DNA from: Hydrolagus colliei
Taxonomy: Eukaryota
Direction: 5' to 3'
DNA: 64,000 nt
NCBI GenBank assembly: GCA_035084275.1
Contig: CM068752.1
Span: 14,012,001 to 14,076,000 of the forward strand
The translations under genes and the position numbers were made by a program. Below, one piece after another: positions 11,921 to 24,176 of this stretch. Each line of letters begins with the position of its first letter. The stretch's first letter is position 1. Below the pieces are notes generated by a model, which did not search any database, had not been told where the DNA came from, and saw only the letters and a program-made list of their open reading frames with translations.

Positions 11921-12909
11921 CTACATTGTACAGTGGAAGAAAGGAAAATAATTTTTTTAAATGATGAAAGGCTTCAATCTGTCTTGTGGTCCAACAGCAA
12001 TGGTTACTTCAGTAGCTGTGGCTTTGAATGCTGAAAGTTCCCTTGAGTCAGCAATTTAAAAGATGACAGAAGCATCACCACAACCTGAGACCAACAGGAA
12101 TCTGATTACAGCTATAACTGTTAACAATAATGTATTAGTCATTTAAACAAGCAGTCGCATATTTCACCATTATTCAAGCTACATTTGCACAAACATCATA
12201 GGTGCTTCTTATTAAGTACATAAAAAGGTAATAAATGAAGTGAGTGTAAAAACTTAATTCAAATGCTTGAAGCCATCTTTGTAATGGTTGACCCTGTCAT
12301 GGTACAAGCCTCTCATCCTAATTCAATTTTTCTGCCAGCCTGATTACAGAGCCATCTAACAGGAGAAGAAAGTAAGTGAATCTTATGAATATTTAAGTAA
12401 GTGACATTGTGGGGAACTCAGGAAGACAGGCTAAATTTGCAGCACAAATCTAATCAATTATCGCTTGTGGCTCAGCTAGTGTAATGTAGACAAGAATGAA
12501 TGTACTGCAGTATCTGAAGTGCAGTCTGTCACTTCTCTGTAACACCAGAAACGTATCCAGGTTCTGCAAATACATTGTAACTGAACAATAATTCAAGTTT
12601 CACATCAGTAGCAAATCACAATTGCTGTACTTTCCGTTCTCATTAGCTCATGCATTCCAAATCTTTTCCTTCATTAAAAATAACTGCAAACAACATGGGA
12701 ATGTGAATGATGAATATGAATCTGCGATTTCATCATTTTTAAGCAACTATGAATGTTATTTGAAAGTAAAATTATCTCAGTGAATCCATGTGCTTGCTAC
12801 AATTGCCATCACGACTGAGGCAAAGTTCAGGAGAAAGAGATAGAAAAAACAGCCAGGGTTCCCATCCTCGATTATTCTCTAGCTACTCTTCTGAAAAGAA
12901 TAGTAAATA

Positions 12910-13083
12910 GGTCACTCAACCCACTACTGTTTGTGGGACACTGCTATGCGCAATTAGCTGCCACGTTTCACCCACAAAAGATGCAGTCAATTCACTTTAC
13001 AGTATATTCTATAAAGTGCTTTGAGACGTCTCAAAGACGTGATAAGGCACCATATCAAATGCAAGGATTATTACTACATTATT
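12910..13083 (+). mobile_element. 3' half of the Deu-type SINE, inserted into an older LF-SINE-like relic (about 12780-12900)
   Basis: GTGGGACACTGCTATGCGCAATTAGCTGCC core and tail; upstream CAGCCAGGGTTCCCATCCTCGATT resembles the LF-SINE consensus as recalled. Confidence 0.75.
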
Positions 13084-13677
13084 ATTCTTCTTCAGAAAAG
13101 TGTGCTTTGAACATTGAGTGAATATTTGTGGGTTACATATTTTTGGGTTCCACTGTTCTTCCACCAAGGCACTATACAAATGTAATTTTGTTGTTGCTGA
13201 CTAAAATAGTTCACAAAAATAAGTCCAATTAGAGACACTACCAGAATTATGCACCATCCATGGAAACACATCCATGTGAGGAAATTGCAAGGTGAAACCT
13301 TTGCTCATTGAGGAAGGCATCTAAAGCAAATAGGATAAAACACAGATATGTTGTGGTTTCCTGTGCAAATACTATATCTCCTATTGTGAAAGGCGCTCTG
13401 AAAATGTAATAGTTTCAGACTGAATAGTTCAACAAAAACGAAGCAACAAGAGGATGAAACACAAAAACATGATGACTGGAAACCTCTTTAGATGTCCTTA
13501 ATGTAATCTAACAATCAATTATAGATTAACAAGGTATTTTCTCAAAAAACGGAAAAGTACACAAAATATATTCTATTCCTCTTCCTTTCCCAGCCACCAT
13601 CAAGTGAACACAAATGCACTGCAGCAACAGTCACTAAATCTTCATCATTACTGTACTCTCTTTCTGGGGAAGCAATG

Positions 13678-13982
13678 ATAATAATAATCCTTGCATTTGA
13701 TATAGTGCTTTTCACGTCTTTGTGACATCTCAAAGTGCTTCACAGATGATCCTGTAAAGTGAATTGACTGTATATATATATGGGCAAAATGCGGCAGCCA
13801 ATTGCGCGAAACAGTGTCTCACAAACCATCATGGATTAAAATGACCAATTTTTTTTTTTTAAGGAATATTATTAGGAGTGAAACTAAGTAAGGAAACTTG
13901 CCCAAAGTTTTGCCCAAATGGGAATCGAACCCAGGTCTCTTGCTTGTAAGGTGAGTGCTCTAATCACTGAGCCACGGACTCC
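13678..13982 (-). mobile_element. Full-length tRNA-headed Deu-type SINE
   Basis: Reverse complement shows GGAGTCCGTGGCTCAGTGATTAGAGC (A box), GGTTCGATTCCC (B box), Deu-like core and (ATT)n tail. Confidence 0.9.
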
Positions 13983-14492
13983 ACAACCATCTTTCACTCA
14001 GTTTTACCCTCTAAAGCAGCAATTGGCAGAAAGAGAGAAGTGGAAATATTGAACATGTATGTTTCCATTTTTTGTCAGCAAGCAACAGCACTCATGTACT
14101 GCACCAGCAAAACAAAAAATATTCTACATTAATTCCTCCACATACAGAAGACACTGAAATTTGGGAAAAGCACTGTTCAAATATGAAGAAATTGTGCATC
14201 ATAATTCTATAGCAAATTGAGTTGTAGGTTATTCTGTGGTAAACTAAAACAGATTCAAGTCATCCTGGATGTTTCGGGCTGTACTGTGGAAAGGGTTAAC
14301 CAGCCATTTAAAAGTAGGCAAAAATCAACTGACTTATGAAACAGTATTCAATCATTACTGTACAAGTTGTAACCTAAGATGAGCAATTTATTAAAACAAA
14401 ATTGTACTCCACTACTTGCAAGAACTAAATTTATACTAGTATATCTGAGTTCAGGGGTTAGGGAACCAATCCAGGACTTTGTATCTTCTTGT

Positions 14493-14794
14493 GGAGTCCT
14501 CTAGTTCAGTGGTTAGAGCACTTGCCTTTTAAGCGAGAGAACTGAGTTCAATTCCAGGCAGGGTGAAACCTTGGGCAAGTTTCCTTACACGCCTAGTAAT
14601 AATCCCTCAAAAAATAAAACCATGATAAATTGGTCATTTCAATCCATGACTATTTGTGGGACACTGCTGTGTACAATTGGCTGCTGTGTATTGCCTACAA
14701 ATAGTCAATTCACTTTACAGTATATTCTGTGAAGTGTTTTGAGACGTCTAGAAGACGTGAAAAGCACTATATCAAATGCAAGGATTATTATTAT
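14493..14794 (+). mobile_element. Full-length tRNA-headed Deu-type SINE
   Basis: GGAGTCCTCTAGTTCAGTGGTTAGAGC...GAGTTCAATTCC...GTGGGACACTGCTGTG...AAGGATTATTATTA. Confidence 0.92.
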
Positions 14795-15245
14795 ACTTGT
14801 TCTGCAGCAATGCCATCGTTCTGCTGCTAAGTAAGGATTAGTGATCTACACAGGGATATCCATGATAAGGATTCACGTCTATACAGTCAGCACAACTGAG
14901 CCACTGTACTCCACTTGAATCATATCTTTTCATTGGATTCTCACATTTACAGGCCTGATGTTCGTTCATATATCTATAAATTCTTTAAAATATAATCTTG
15001 CAGTGTGATCCAATTTAGTTGAAGCCCACTTCACAGCGCTACATATTCGAACACATTAAAAATCACATTCACTCAAATTAGATTTATATTAATTTTGAAA
15101 TTTCGACAAGTTTCATCATCACAAATCTTCAATAAGCAGCAAAAGATTTACAGCAGCTTTTTTGGAGTTTCCTTAGGACTTTTGGATGCTCCTCAGACAC
15201 AAATCTACCTTTCCACACAATCTTCCAACTGACCTGATACATTAA

Positions 15246-15249
<4 letters not shown>

Positions 15250-15283
<34 letters not shown>

Positions 15284-15290
15284 TATATAG
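15250..15290. repeat. (TA)n microsatellite
   Basis: Direct observation. Confidence 0.95.
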
Positions 15291-17876
15291 ATAACCGAAG
15301 ATTTTACAGGACATCACCTGGAACTCGGCACTTTGGTCAACTGAATAGCTTTGGTTTGTGAAATATTTCAGCAATTAATGAAAGCACATTTGGTTCTATG
15401 GGATGGGGAAAGAGAGAGAATATGGTCATACACTAAATGTCTGATCAGATTAATATCCAATCACACAACTTAACGTAATCATTCCTGTCTTTTCTTTTTC
15501 ATGAAAAAATCTGATCTGATACAATATAACCACAACTAAGGCAAGGGACCGGCGGAGGAAAGCTCGGATTTGGTATATAAATCATGTGTCGGGAGAAAAA
15601 AGGGTTGTTTATATCCAAGCTAAAAATCAAGTAACCTGAACATAGAAGATATGAATTATATCAAAATTCGACTATCACAATGGAGTTCAGGAGATTGGGA
15701 TCGATGTTCAATTGAGTTTGGGTATCATGTCAGGCACATTTGGCTCTGTGCAGCAGACACACAATCACGGGTCTGACTGGAAGCAACACCCAGAGTAACT
15801 AGAGGCGCCAACAGCTGAACCATTTCTGCCTTTGTCAGCAACCAGTCCTGATGGTTTAACAGCTGGGATTCCCCGGGGACTTCAGGCATCATTGTGTCCA
15901 TGACACTATGGCATTTTGTGTACCAGTGGAAAATTGAGCTTTTAAACGAACAGCCAATTACCTAAGGAACAATAGTGAGACCTGGTCTGGCTGTGTATGT
16001 GTGAGGTTGGTGTGGGGGGCGGGAGGGAGAGAAAGACTGATATTCAGGTGCTGCACGTTACCACTGTTACACTGCTACCGGTCATTAGTTAAAGGTTAAT
16101 TGGGTATCTGTTCCAAGAGGCCGTGCTGAGTGGGAATGCAAAAAAAAACTTATACACAATGGAATCAATTTATCTGGGACATCATATGGAACGCGAGGAC
16201 ATCATTGCTCCGTGCAAATACTGAGCCAAACCCTGAACTGCTGAACACAGAAGGGCTGGACAAAAAGCAATGTTCATGTGTCAGCACCTCTACTCTTCAT
16301 GTATTAGGAATTACAAGCTGATCCCTTCATTAATGACAATAGGTGCTGCAACCTTACCTGTGTTCACAAGGAGATTGAAGGAACATTCAAAACTACAGCA
16401 AAAAGTACAGCAGGTAGCAAAAGCCCAGGGGTATTCTGTTGCAACAAAGTACCTTACGATTGAACAGCAAGCATCATGGATCACTTATTAGAGGTAGTTG
16501 TATTTAGAAATTGTGACGTGGCAAAGATCGAGGTTTAGGGGCCTGGCGTGAAAACATTACTCTTCTCAACTAAGTGTTCCCTTCGCGCCAAAAGCTTCAT
16601 TTACACTGTTGCAAAGAAATGCATATAAATCACTGCAAGTCACAATCACACACTCAATCCCTCGGTAATAAAAAAAATTCAAACTTCTTTCATACTGACC
16701 ACTACCAGTTATGCGCTGCTCATGTAGAATATTAAACAGGGATTCTCTCGACCTCAGCTATACTGAGCTTGGAAGTCAGCAATGAGCCTAAAGTTAAACA
16801 ATCTCACGATTTTCCTCCTGCACAATATTCAGATTTTTTCCATTCATATCTATCTGCTCTCCAAAAATCCAGATGCTGTTGTTTTTTCGTCATGTATGTA
16901 TCTTGCACATGTGGAAACTCAACAACATTAAGAATTTGTAAACCAGATAGTTCCATGCAACCCACCTGAAAATTCCTGTGTGATGGAACGGAAACCACAA
17001 TCTCTCCCTGGAGGGGAGCATCCCATTTACCCAATTCCTGAGAGTATGAGGTGCAGGCTGACAAGAGCCAATGCTTGGGGACCCCAGAGTGTCATTGGGG
17101 TATTGTTGGAATTACATCAGCTAAATTGCATTGCTTACCACTGAAAGCACTGTCTAATAAGCTGCCCCGTTGTTTGTTTAGCTAGGACCACCCTACCTGT
17201 TCGGGCTTTGGCTTTGCAGGATTATCAGGAGCTGAGTAGGAAGAATCCCTGCCCTCAGGACTTCTCTGCCCTACAGATGAGCCAGCTGGCTGGGCTATCT
17301 TCAGCAGAGCCCTGGAGTGCCGCTCAGGAACTGGACTACCAACACTGCCACATAGGATTGACTCAATTTCAATATTCTGTTGCCAAGCATGTTATCTTGG
17401 ACCCAGTTCAGCCCAATCATTCAATCAAAACTTATATTTATGTAGCGCCTTTCACATCGAGAGGACTTCCCAAGGCGCTGTACAGTTAGGTAGGGACAAG
17501 AGCAGGGGGGAGGGGTCATATTATCACTTGATGATAATATGAATAATAATGGCAAATTAAGGATTTATTGTCTATAATTACACAATGGGTACATAATTGT
17601 GTGGTGTACAGAACATAAGAGCCACGTGCTCAATTCCTAGTCTCGGTTGAATTTTTCCATCCAGTCCTAATCAGGTGACATGCTCGAAAATGTAGGTGGA
17701 GGTCAGATGTGGATAGGATCAAGTTTTCTGCAATGTCTCCCTACAGGCAACTAACATCCTTTGACAAACTAAATAGCTCATCCATTTCCACCCTCCAAAT
17801 TCCTTGCAGCATATCATGCAAACAAGTTTAAAATCCAAGTCCTTTATATATTTTCCCAAAACACCACAATACTCAC

Positions 17877-18041
17877 TGTATTTAAAGCCTCCCAAACTGT
17901 CTGAGGAAACTCCGATATATTTGTCTTTGTTTTTCTTGGCTTTTTTTCGCTCTTCTCTGAGGCGGTCATCATCCTGGACAAAGTCGACCATTTCTTTCAC
18001 CTTCTGTCTGACGTTTATTCCTTGATCCTTCCCAATTTCAT
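17877..18041 (-). CDS. CLINT1: CLINT1 coding exon 5 (DEIGKDQGINVRQKVKEMVDFVQDDDRLREERKKAKKNKDKYIGVSSDSLGGFKY)
   Basis: Within ORF 17719..18060; tatag| acceptor, |gtgagt donor; 165 nt; end of ENTH domain. Confidence 0.97.
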
Positions 18042-19091
18042 CTATAGAGGAAGCAGCCAATCAAGTATACAAGCATATACAAAAATCATATAGAAAGATG
18101 ATCAATTGGCTAATGTCCAAGATCAATGTTAACACAAGACAGAGCATGGGTTTCTTAAATTCATATACTCTGCTGATAAGTTAAACCTTCCCAGCAAAGA
18201 CGTTTTATATATGTAGAAAACACACATACAAGATAAGACAAGAGGTTTGGTTACAAATGAAAGGCTGGGTTCCAAGATCCTCCGAGGGCACTGTAAACAA
18301 CAGCTGAAAAATTCTAATATGAAATACAGGTTGGAGCAGCCAAATTTCACACAGCTTCTGTTATGTTACTGAGATTCAAAACATCTTTTATAGCCTCAAA
18401 ACTGACTTCATAGAAAAGGTACCAGTTATTTTCCATGAACTGATTTTCTGATATTCTAGATTTGTTCCATTCAAAAGTCCGCAAAGCTAATTATTTTAAG
18501 AAATAATGGCAACTTGTACAGTCAAACTACAGGCTTACAATTGAATGTATTTGCTTTGTTTATTCATTGCAACTTGTCAATTTGCAAAATGTTTCTGGAT
18601 TATTAGGTCATGGATAGATCTCACTCGCATAATGTTCATAATGCTTTTTTTTCAGCCTTTTAAACGTGGACTTCCATGTCAAAACAATACAAACTTGGCC
18701 TTATTGCCACTGCACTGCAAATACTATTTGGAGATTTTCTCATTTCTTCAAACAGATTAGTCTGTGTTGGTGTCTAACCTTTCCTTCCTGTGTAATTAAG
18801 GCAATTTCTTTATGAGCATCACAAGGGAGTCGTAGCTGTTGTGCTTTTTTAAAAAAAACCTGAGCACTCATATTGTGCTAGTTGTGTTGTTATTACCATG
18901 TCCTTTCTGCGAGTTCTTGTCTTCACTAATTAATACTCTAGGGCCCCAATCTCAGACTCTGTACTCTTCAGATAGTGCCACCAGTCACATTCTAATTAGT
19001 GTAGGAGGCTGATCTACTGGCTCAGGTAACTGACAACCCCACTTGCTGTTATAATTTGCTCAAAGCTTTCTTGTGCTAGAGATTTGCTTAC

Positions 19092-19200
19092 CTATGAAGT
19101 GGTAGTTTTCCATTGACCGCAAATCATAAATGTGTTCTCTGGCGCTGGTAACCACTCGCTCTGACCCATTCCTTATGAGGTAAGCTAGAAGAAGCAAGGA
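19092..19200 (-). CDS. CLINT1: CLINT1 coding exon 4 (SLLLLAYLIRNGSERVVTSAREHIYDLRSMENYHFI)
   Basis: Within ORF 19060..19377; tacag| acceptor, |gtaagc donor; 109 nt. Confidence 0.97.
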
Positions 19201-22068
19201 CTGTAAAGGATTCGGGTGGGGGTGGGGGAGAGAAAAAGGAAAAAGACAAAAAAGATGAGAACATTGTTTTTTGTTTGAAAGAACAAAGTCCCACCCCTGC
19301 CACATTGCAATGATTATTTTCTGCTTTAATAAAGTAGCGTGAATGTCAGCAGTCAGTGGGAGGAATTCCCAACACAAATCAAAATTGACAGCTGCATGAT
19401 TAGTTTACCAGCCGAATAGAACATAAATATGCCTTCCACACAAGTTGAAATTAGAGAGATTCTGATGCGTTCACAACATACTAATTAGTAGCACTGTTCC
19501 AACCCAGATGGTAGAAAAGTGACCAATTCTGCCAATTAGTCGTCACACACAGAAAATATTTATTAGCCATTATAAATAATAACTACAAAACATACTTTTG
19601 CACTTGACATGGGGTCCTCCTATAAATACTAGGTCAATATATCCAAGCCCTTTCACTTTATTGTACAGCTTAAATCAAGCTGAAGTATTTAATACCTGGA
19701 TTTAAGGAACATTTTTGTACAAGGTAAAGCATACAACAGGAATATTTTAGTTTGGATGAATTTTAAAATTAATACAATTTTCAGAAAAATAAATCATTCA
19801 TTGAAGTACTGTGCATATTTGCTTACACATACTATTTGGTAAATCTTTTTGACCTCTGTACAAAACAAAGCAACACTAGCCATTAAAGGATGTGTCAAAC
19901 CTGCCACATAATGTAAACCAACAAATTATTTTTTGAATTATGAAGTATAAGATCAGCAGTCAACTGGTCTTTAGGGAGATTCTCTTCAGGTGTACAAGAA
20001 CTTCCTCCCAATCTAGAATTTCATTACAGCTGACACAAAAAGGAAAGACAAGCGAGTATTAGAAGCAGAAACAAAATCTACACAATGTCTTATGATAATG
20101 TACTACAATATTCTGCACTTCTGCTGCAACCTGTAACCAAACAGCTGTCACAGCTTCACAATAACAAATACAGTAAGAGGTTGGGGAAACACACAGGAAC
20201 TCTTTCAGCCTACAATCCAGCACAGAATTGTAGTCACTGCAAAAGTGTTTATAATTAAGTAATCTACTGTGAAGAAGAGTGACATTTTTTAATAAAGTGT
20301 CAAATTCTGAAAATTGTTATTTTGATATTCACTGTAGCTTTAGCCAATAACTGATAAACATGCAAATGAATTGAATAGCTAGAAGCCTTGAAAACTGTGT
20401 AGCCTTTGGATTTTAGGTCTGAAATTTGGCTTTTTATACTGAATATATGCACTTTCAAAGTACAATTAAAAATCTCCCCTTTTCTCTCCATGAAAATGCT
20501 CACGCTTAATTTAGACAATCTGCAAATATTTAAATTGCACAAATATGTAATGTTGATGTACAATGACTGATATATTGTTTAAAATATTCTTAAAAATTCA
20601 CATCTTAAGAGAATAAATATTGTAGAGCAAGCTATGCATTTCCTTTAACAGACCAAATAAGTGTCTGCAGTATTTGAACCTCATTAATTACCATCTGCGG
20701 CTGTGTACCATGGAGTCTCAGCAGTGAAACACGTTGGGGATTATTGCAGTTGTCAGTTACACTTATACTTACACGGGAAAATTCATTCTAGTTTTATATG
20801 TTATTAAACAAGGGGGCAGTAAGTCATTTATTTCATGAGCAGATTGAAGAATTTGTGCTGAAATTTAAATTTAAGTACATGTTAAATTACATAATCAGAG
20901 GCCAAAGCACAAAATAGTTTTGTAGGTAGATTAAAATGTTTACTAGTTTAAAGCATCCAGCCATGTTTTAAAACATGCCCCATATCAATTGAAACATTTT
21001 AATTAACCAGTATTTTAAAATTTAACTGGAGTAATTTGCAAAGCCACATTTGGTTTTTCAGTTAGTGGGTACATTTTGTATTTGGTGATATTCCGACAGG
21101 AAAACATTTTTGTTCGAAATGTCAAATGTAATACAATCATGTTGCTAGATTAAGTGAATTTTCTGATCTGTATAGATAAATGGCACTGCTGACAGACATA
21201 ATCCTGGTGACAATTTTAAACACTATAAACTAAATATATATTTAGAAACACACTTTAAAGATGTTAACATTTATTGTTTAGCAAATTCAAAATAAAGCCA
21301 ACTAAAAATTGTTCCAGTGGGAATTATACGATCACTATAGTTCACCATGCCAGTCTTCCTCTAATCTTGTTTCACCCTAAATCTTTTTATTGTAGGTTTT
21401 GAGAAAAGAAATAAAACAAATGTTTTATTGAAAAGAAAATATTTAACTTAGCTTTTTAGATTTCAAGTTTTGTTTTACAAAATCTGCATACAGTAACATT
21501 TGGAAATGCAGCATTTGCATCTTTCTAACTCTACAATATTCCACCCTAAACCTTCCAATACAATAATATACACTTTGCTACAAGTTACAAGGATTTGCAA
21601 GCACACTGACAGAAATACAGTTATTTATTGCTTTTTGTCTGGTTGAACGGCAAGCTATATTTTGCAGCACAATGAAATTCAGAGGTTTTAAATTAATGTA
21701 AATTTGTGAACAATGGAAGGGAAAGTTAAAAAGAATGTTACCACTTTAAAGATTGGGATGTGATCATTTTAACTTTTGGATTAATGCTCAACTGCATTGT
21801 GATAATTGATAGAATGTACTGAACAGTGTCCGGGACAAAATGATGTGAATGCATCAGATTGGAGCATAGTGTGAACTGATTCTGATTTGGGATTAAATTC
21901 TGAAGATGTTTTGACACCTCGGATAATAAATTAGAATTTACAAATCAAGTTAATAATAATAATTCTTTATCAAAAACAAATAAGGCATTGCATTTTTTTG
22001 TATCGTGAATAGGAAGTCTTCAAATAGTGAATTGCTGAGAAATCGAAAAAGTGATTTTGCTACCACAC

Positions 22069-22165
22069 CTTATAGACCCTCCTCCAATTCTTTTTATTGT
22101 CTTTCAACATACGAGTCCAAACCATGTTCATGACGTCAGGAAACTGCTCATACATAAACGTAGAC
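22069..22165 (-). CDS. CLINT1: CLINT1 coding exon 3 (STFMYEQFPDVMNMVWTRMLKDNKKNWRRVYK)
   Basis: ttcag| acceptor, |gtgtgg donor; 97 nt; phase continues from exon 2; ENTH motif KNWRRVYK. Confidence 0.97.
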
Positions 22166-22556
22166 CTGAATAAAATAAAGAGAGGCTTCAGTACATCCAA
22201 TCTTTATAAAGAAACAAAGCAACATCTAAACAATGTACAAATATAACCTTCAGCATTTTGTGCTATTTTTAACTTTTAGCAAAGGAAGCTGTTGTGGGTG
22301 TATGCTCCCATAGCAGAAGCAATAAATAATGATCGGCTGTAGGTGGCAGAATAGGTTTGGTATAATATAGCACACATTTCCTTTTACAAATAGGCATTAT
22401 GAATCAAGTAGTACTGCAAATTATTGTCAGTACATTAACATGAAAGAAAAATGCCCCAGCTGGCTATTAAGCTCTCTTTGTTGATCTGACATACAGTGCA
22501 TGAAATATTTAGTGTTATTTACATATATAACAACAGATGGTCTGGGGGTGAATTGC

Positions 22557-22590
22557 GCACACACACACGCACACACACACGCACACACAC
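22557..22590. repeat. Imperfect (CA)n microsatellite
   Basis: Direct observation. Confidence 0.9.
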
Positions 22591-24071
22591 AATCTCTCTA
22601 TAGTTTTGTGTTTGTGAGCATTATGAGATGTTCATTTTATATGAAAGATGTTGCTATAAGAAAAAACATAAGCCCTAAAAAAAAACACTCTGGCATTATT
22701 CTGTGTGATTTCAAACTTTTTACATTATTCTTTGTCTCCTTTCAAAGAAACAAGTTTGTTGTATTGTATTAGTACTGTTCAGATGAAGCCAGCACTGTGG
22801 AAAAAAATGCCTAAGGTGTAAGTGGGAGGGAAAGCAATCTATTATGAAGCTGTATATAAACATTAAGCATTTGAAAACCTTCTCTTGCTGCAACATTCCT
22901 AGCAGGATATTCTTGAATACACAGGAATAGAGAGAGATTCATCCATGAACATGTAAACTCTTATCAATCAGTGAGGTGGTGGCCATGCCTAAATATTTGT
23001 GGATTTCAGTAATGAATAACTGATGCCAGGTTAAACACAAGAGCATGGATGTAACTAGAAAATTCCAATATTCTAAACCACTTCCTATTCAGACTCAGGC
23101 ATAGGATTCTACACTGGGATTAATAGACATTCACAGTTCAAGTTTTATTCTTCAGCGTAATGTAGAAGCTTTCAATATAATTTGAAGACTAAAAGCAAAG
23201 TAAAAACTCATTCTGTTTATTCAAAAAATAGATTTTCTTTTCAGTTGCAACATGATCAATTGAGCAGGCCGAGGGACAAATATTTAGATTCGCTCATTTG
23301 AAAATAAAACAAAGTGGATTATAGAAATTCTGGTCCTAACAGCTATCCATTTTTCTGTAATGCAGGGTTTCTGGAAAAAAAAACCTTTTGCAAAAATGTG
23401 GTCTTCCAAATCCTCCCGTGTTAATGTGTTCCCTGCAAATGTTTGTAATTAGCTTCATTGTTCATTTTGTTAAATATGTACACCACCCAAGCAGCAATAA
23501 AAATGATAACATTTCTACAAAAGACTAGGTGATTCCGAGTTGTGATTTGGAATAATTATTGAAATTTGAAGAATAGTAATTTTATGAGACTTTAATTAAA
23601 AGATACACAAACAGTGTGCAATCATTTTTAAATGTTTACTATTTACTGGGAAGCTTCAATGATGGGCGTTAAAAATAATAATACCCCTTTTAAGGTCCCC
23701 TACAAATCTTGAATCTACTAGAAAATAAGCTTCACTAAGCTTCCATACACTGTACCGTCCCTGTGAAGTGTGAGGTCGGGTCTGCTGCTCCACAGCTCTA
23801 TCATTAGCCACGCTAACCCTTATAGCAAAAGCATTAGCCTCCCCGCCACTCCCTTTGCCTTTTACTCTTGAAAAGGGAAGCTGCATTACCGAACACAGTG
23901 TAAATTCAATTTTTATTTATCTTGAAATGCAACATCCAGACCAAACACTGATACCATGTATTTTACTGGTAAACAATAAATAAATCAATGCTTTGAACAG
24001 ATAATTTAGCAGCATGTTCTATTCATGCATATCTCGAGATACCCCTAGAGCTCAGTAAGATTAGCACTTAC

Positions 24072-24176
24072 TTGGCGATCTCTCCCATTAGCTGCCCTGA
24101 AGGTCCCCATGGATCATCATTGGTTGCTTCTCGAACCTTAGACTCGATCTCTGAATAATTCATAACCACATTTGTG
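24072..24176 (-). CDS. CLINT1: CLINT1 coding exon 2 (ENTH domain start: TNVVMNYSEIESKVREATNDDPWGPSGQLMGEIAK)
   Basis: Manual minus-strand translation matches the epsinR ENTH N-terminus; tcag| acceptor, |gtaagt donor; 105 nt. Confidence 0.97.

Noticed and set aside
11605-11964. 119-aa plus-strand ORF (also 17804..18025)
   Set aside because: Antisense shadows of CLINT1 exons 6 and 5
14493-14570. tRNA-like sequences with A/B boxes (also at 13910-13982, 48600-48674, 50983, 52088, 54483)
   Set aside because: These are SINE heads that run into the Deu-like core and (ATT)n tail; they are not genuine tRNA genes
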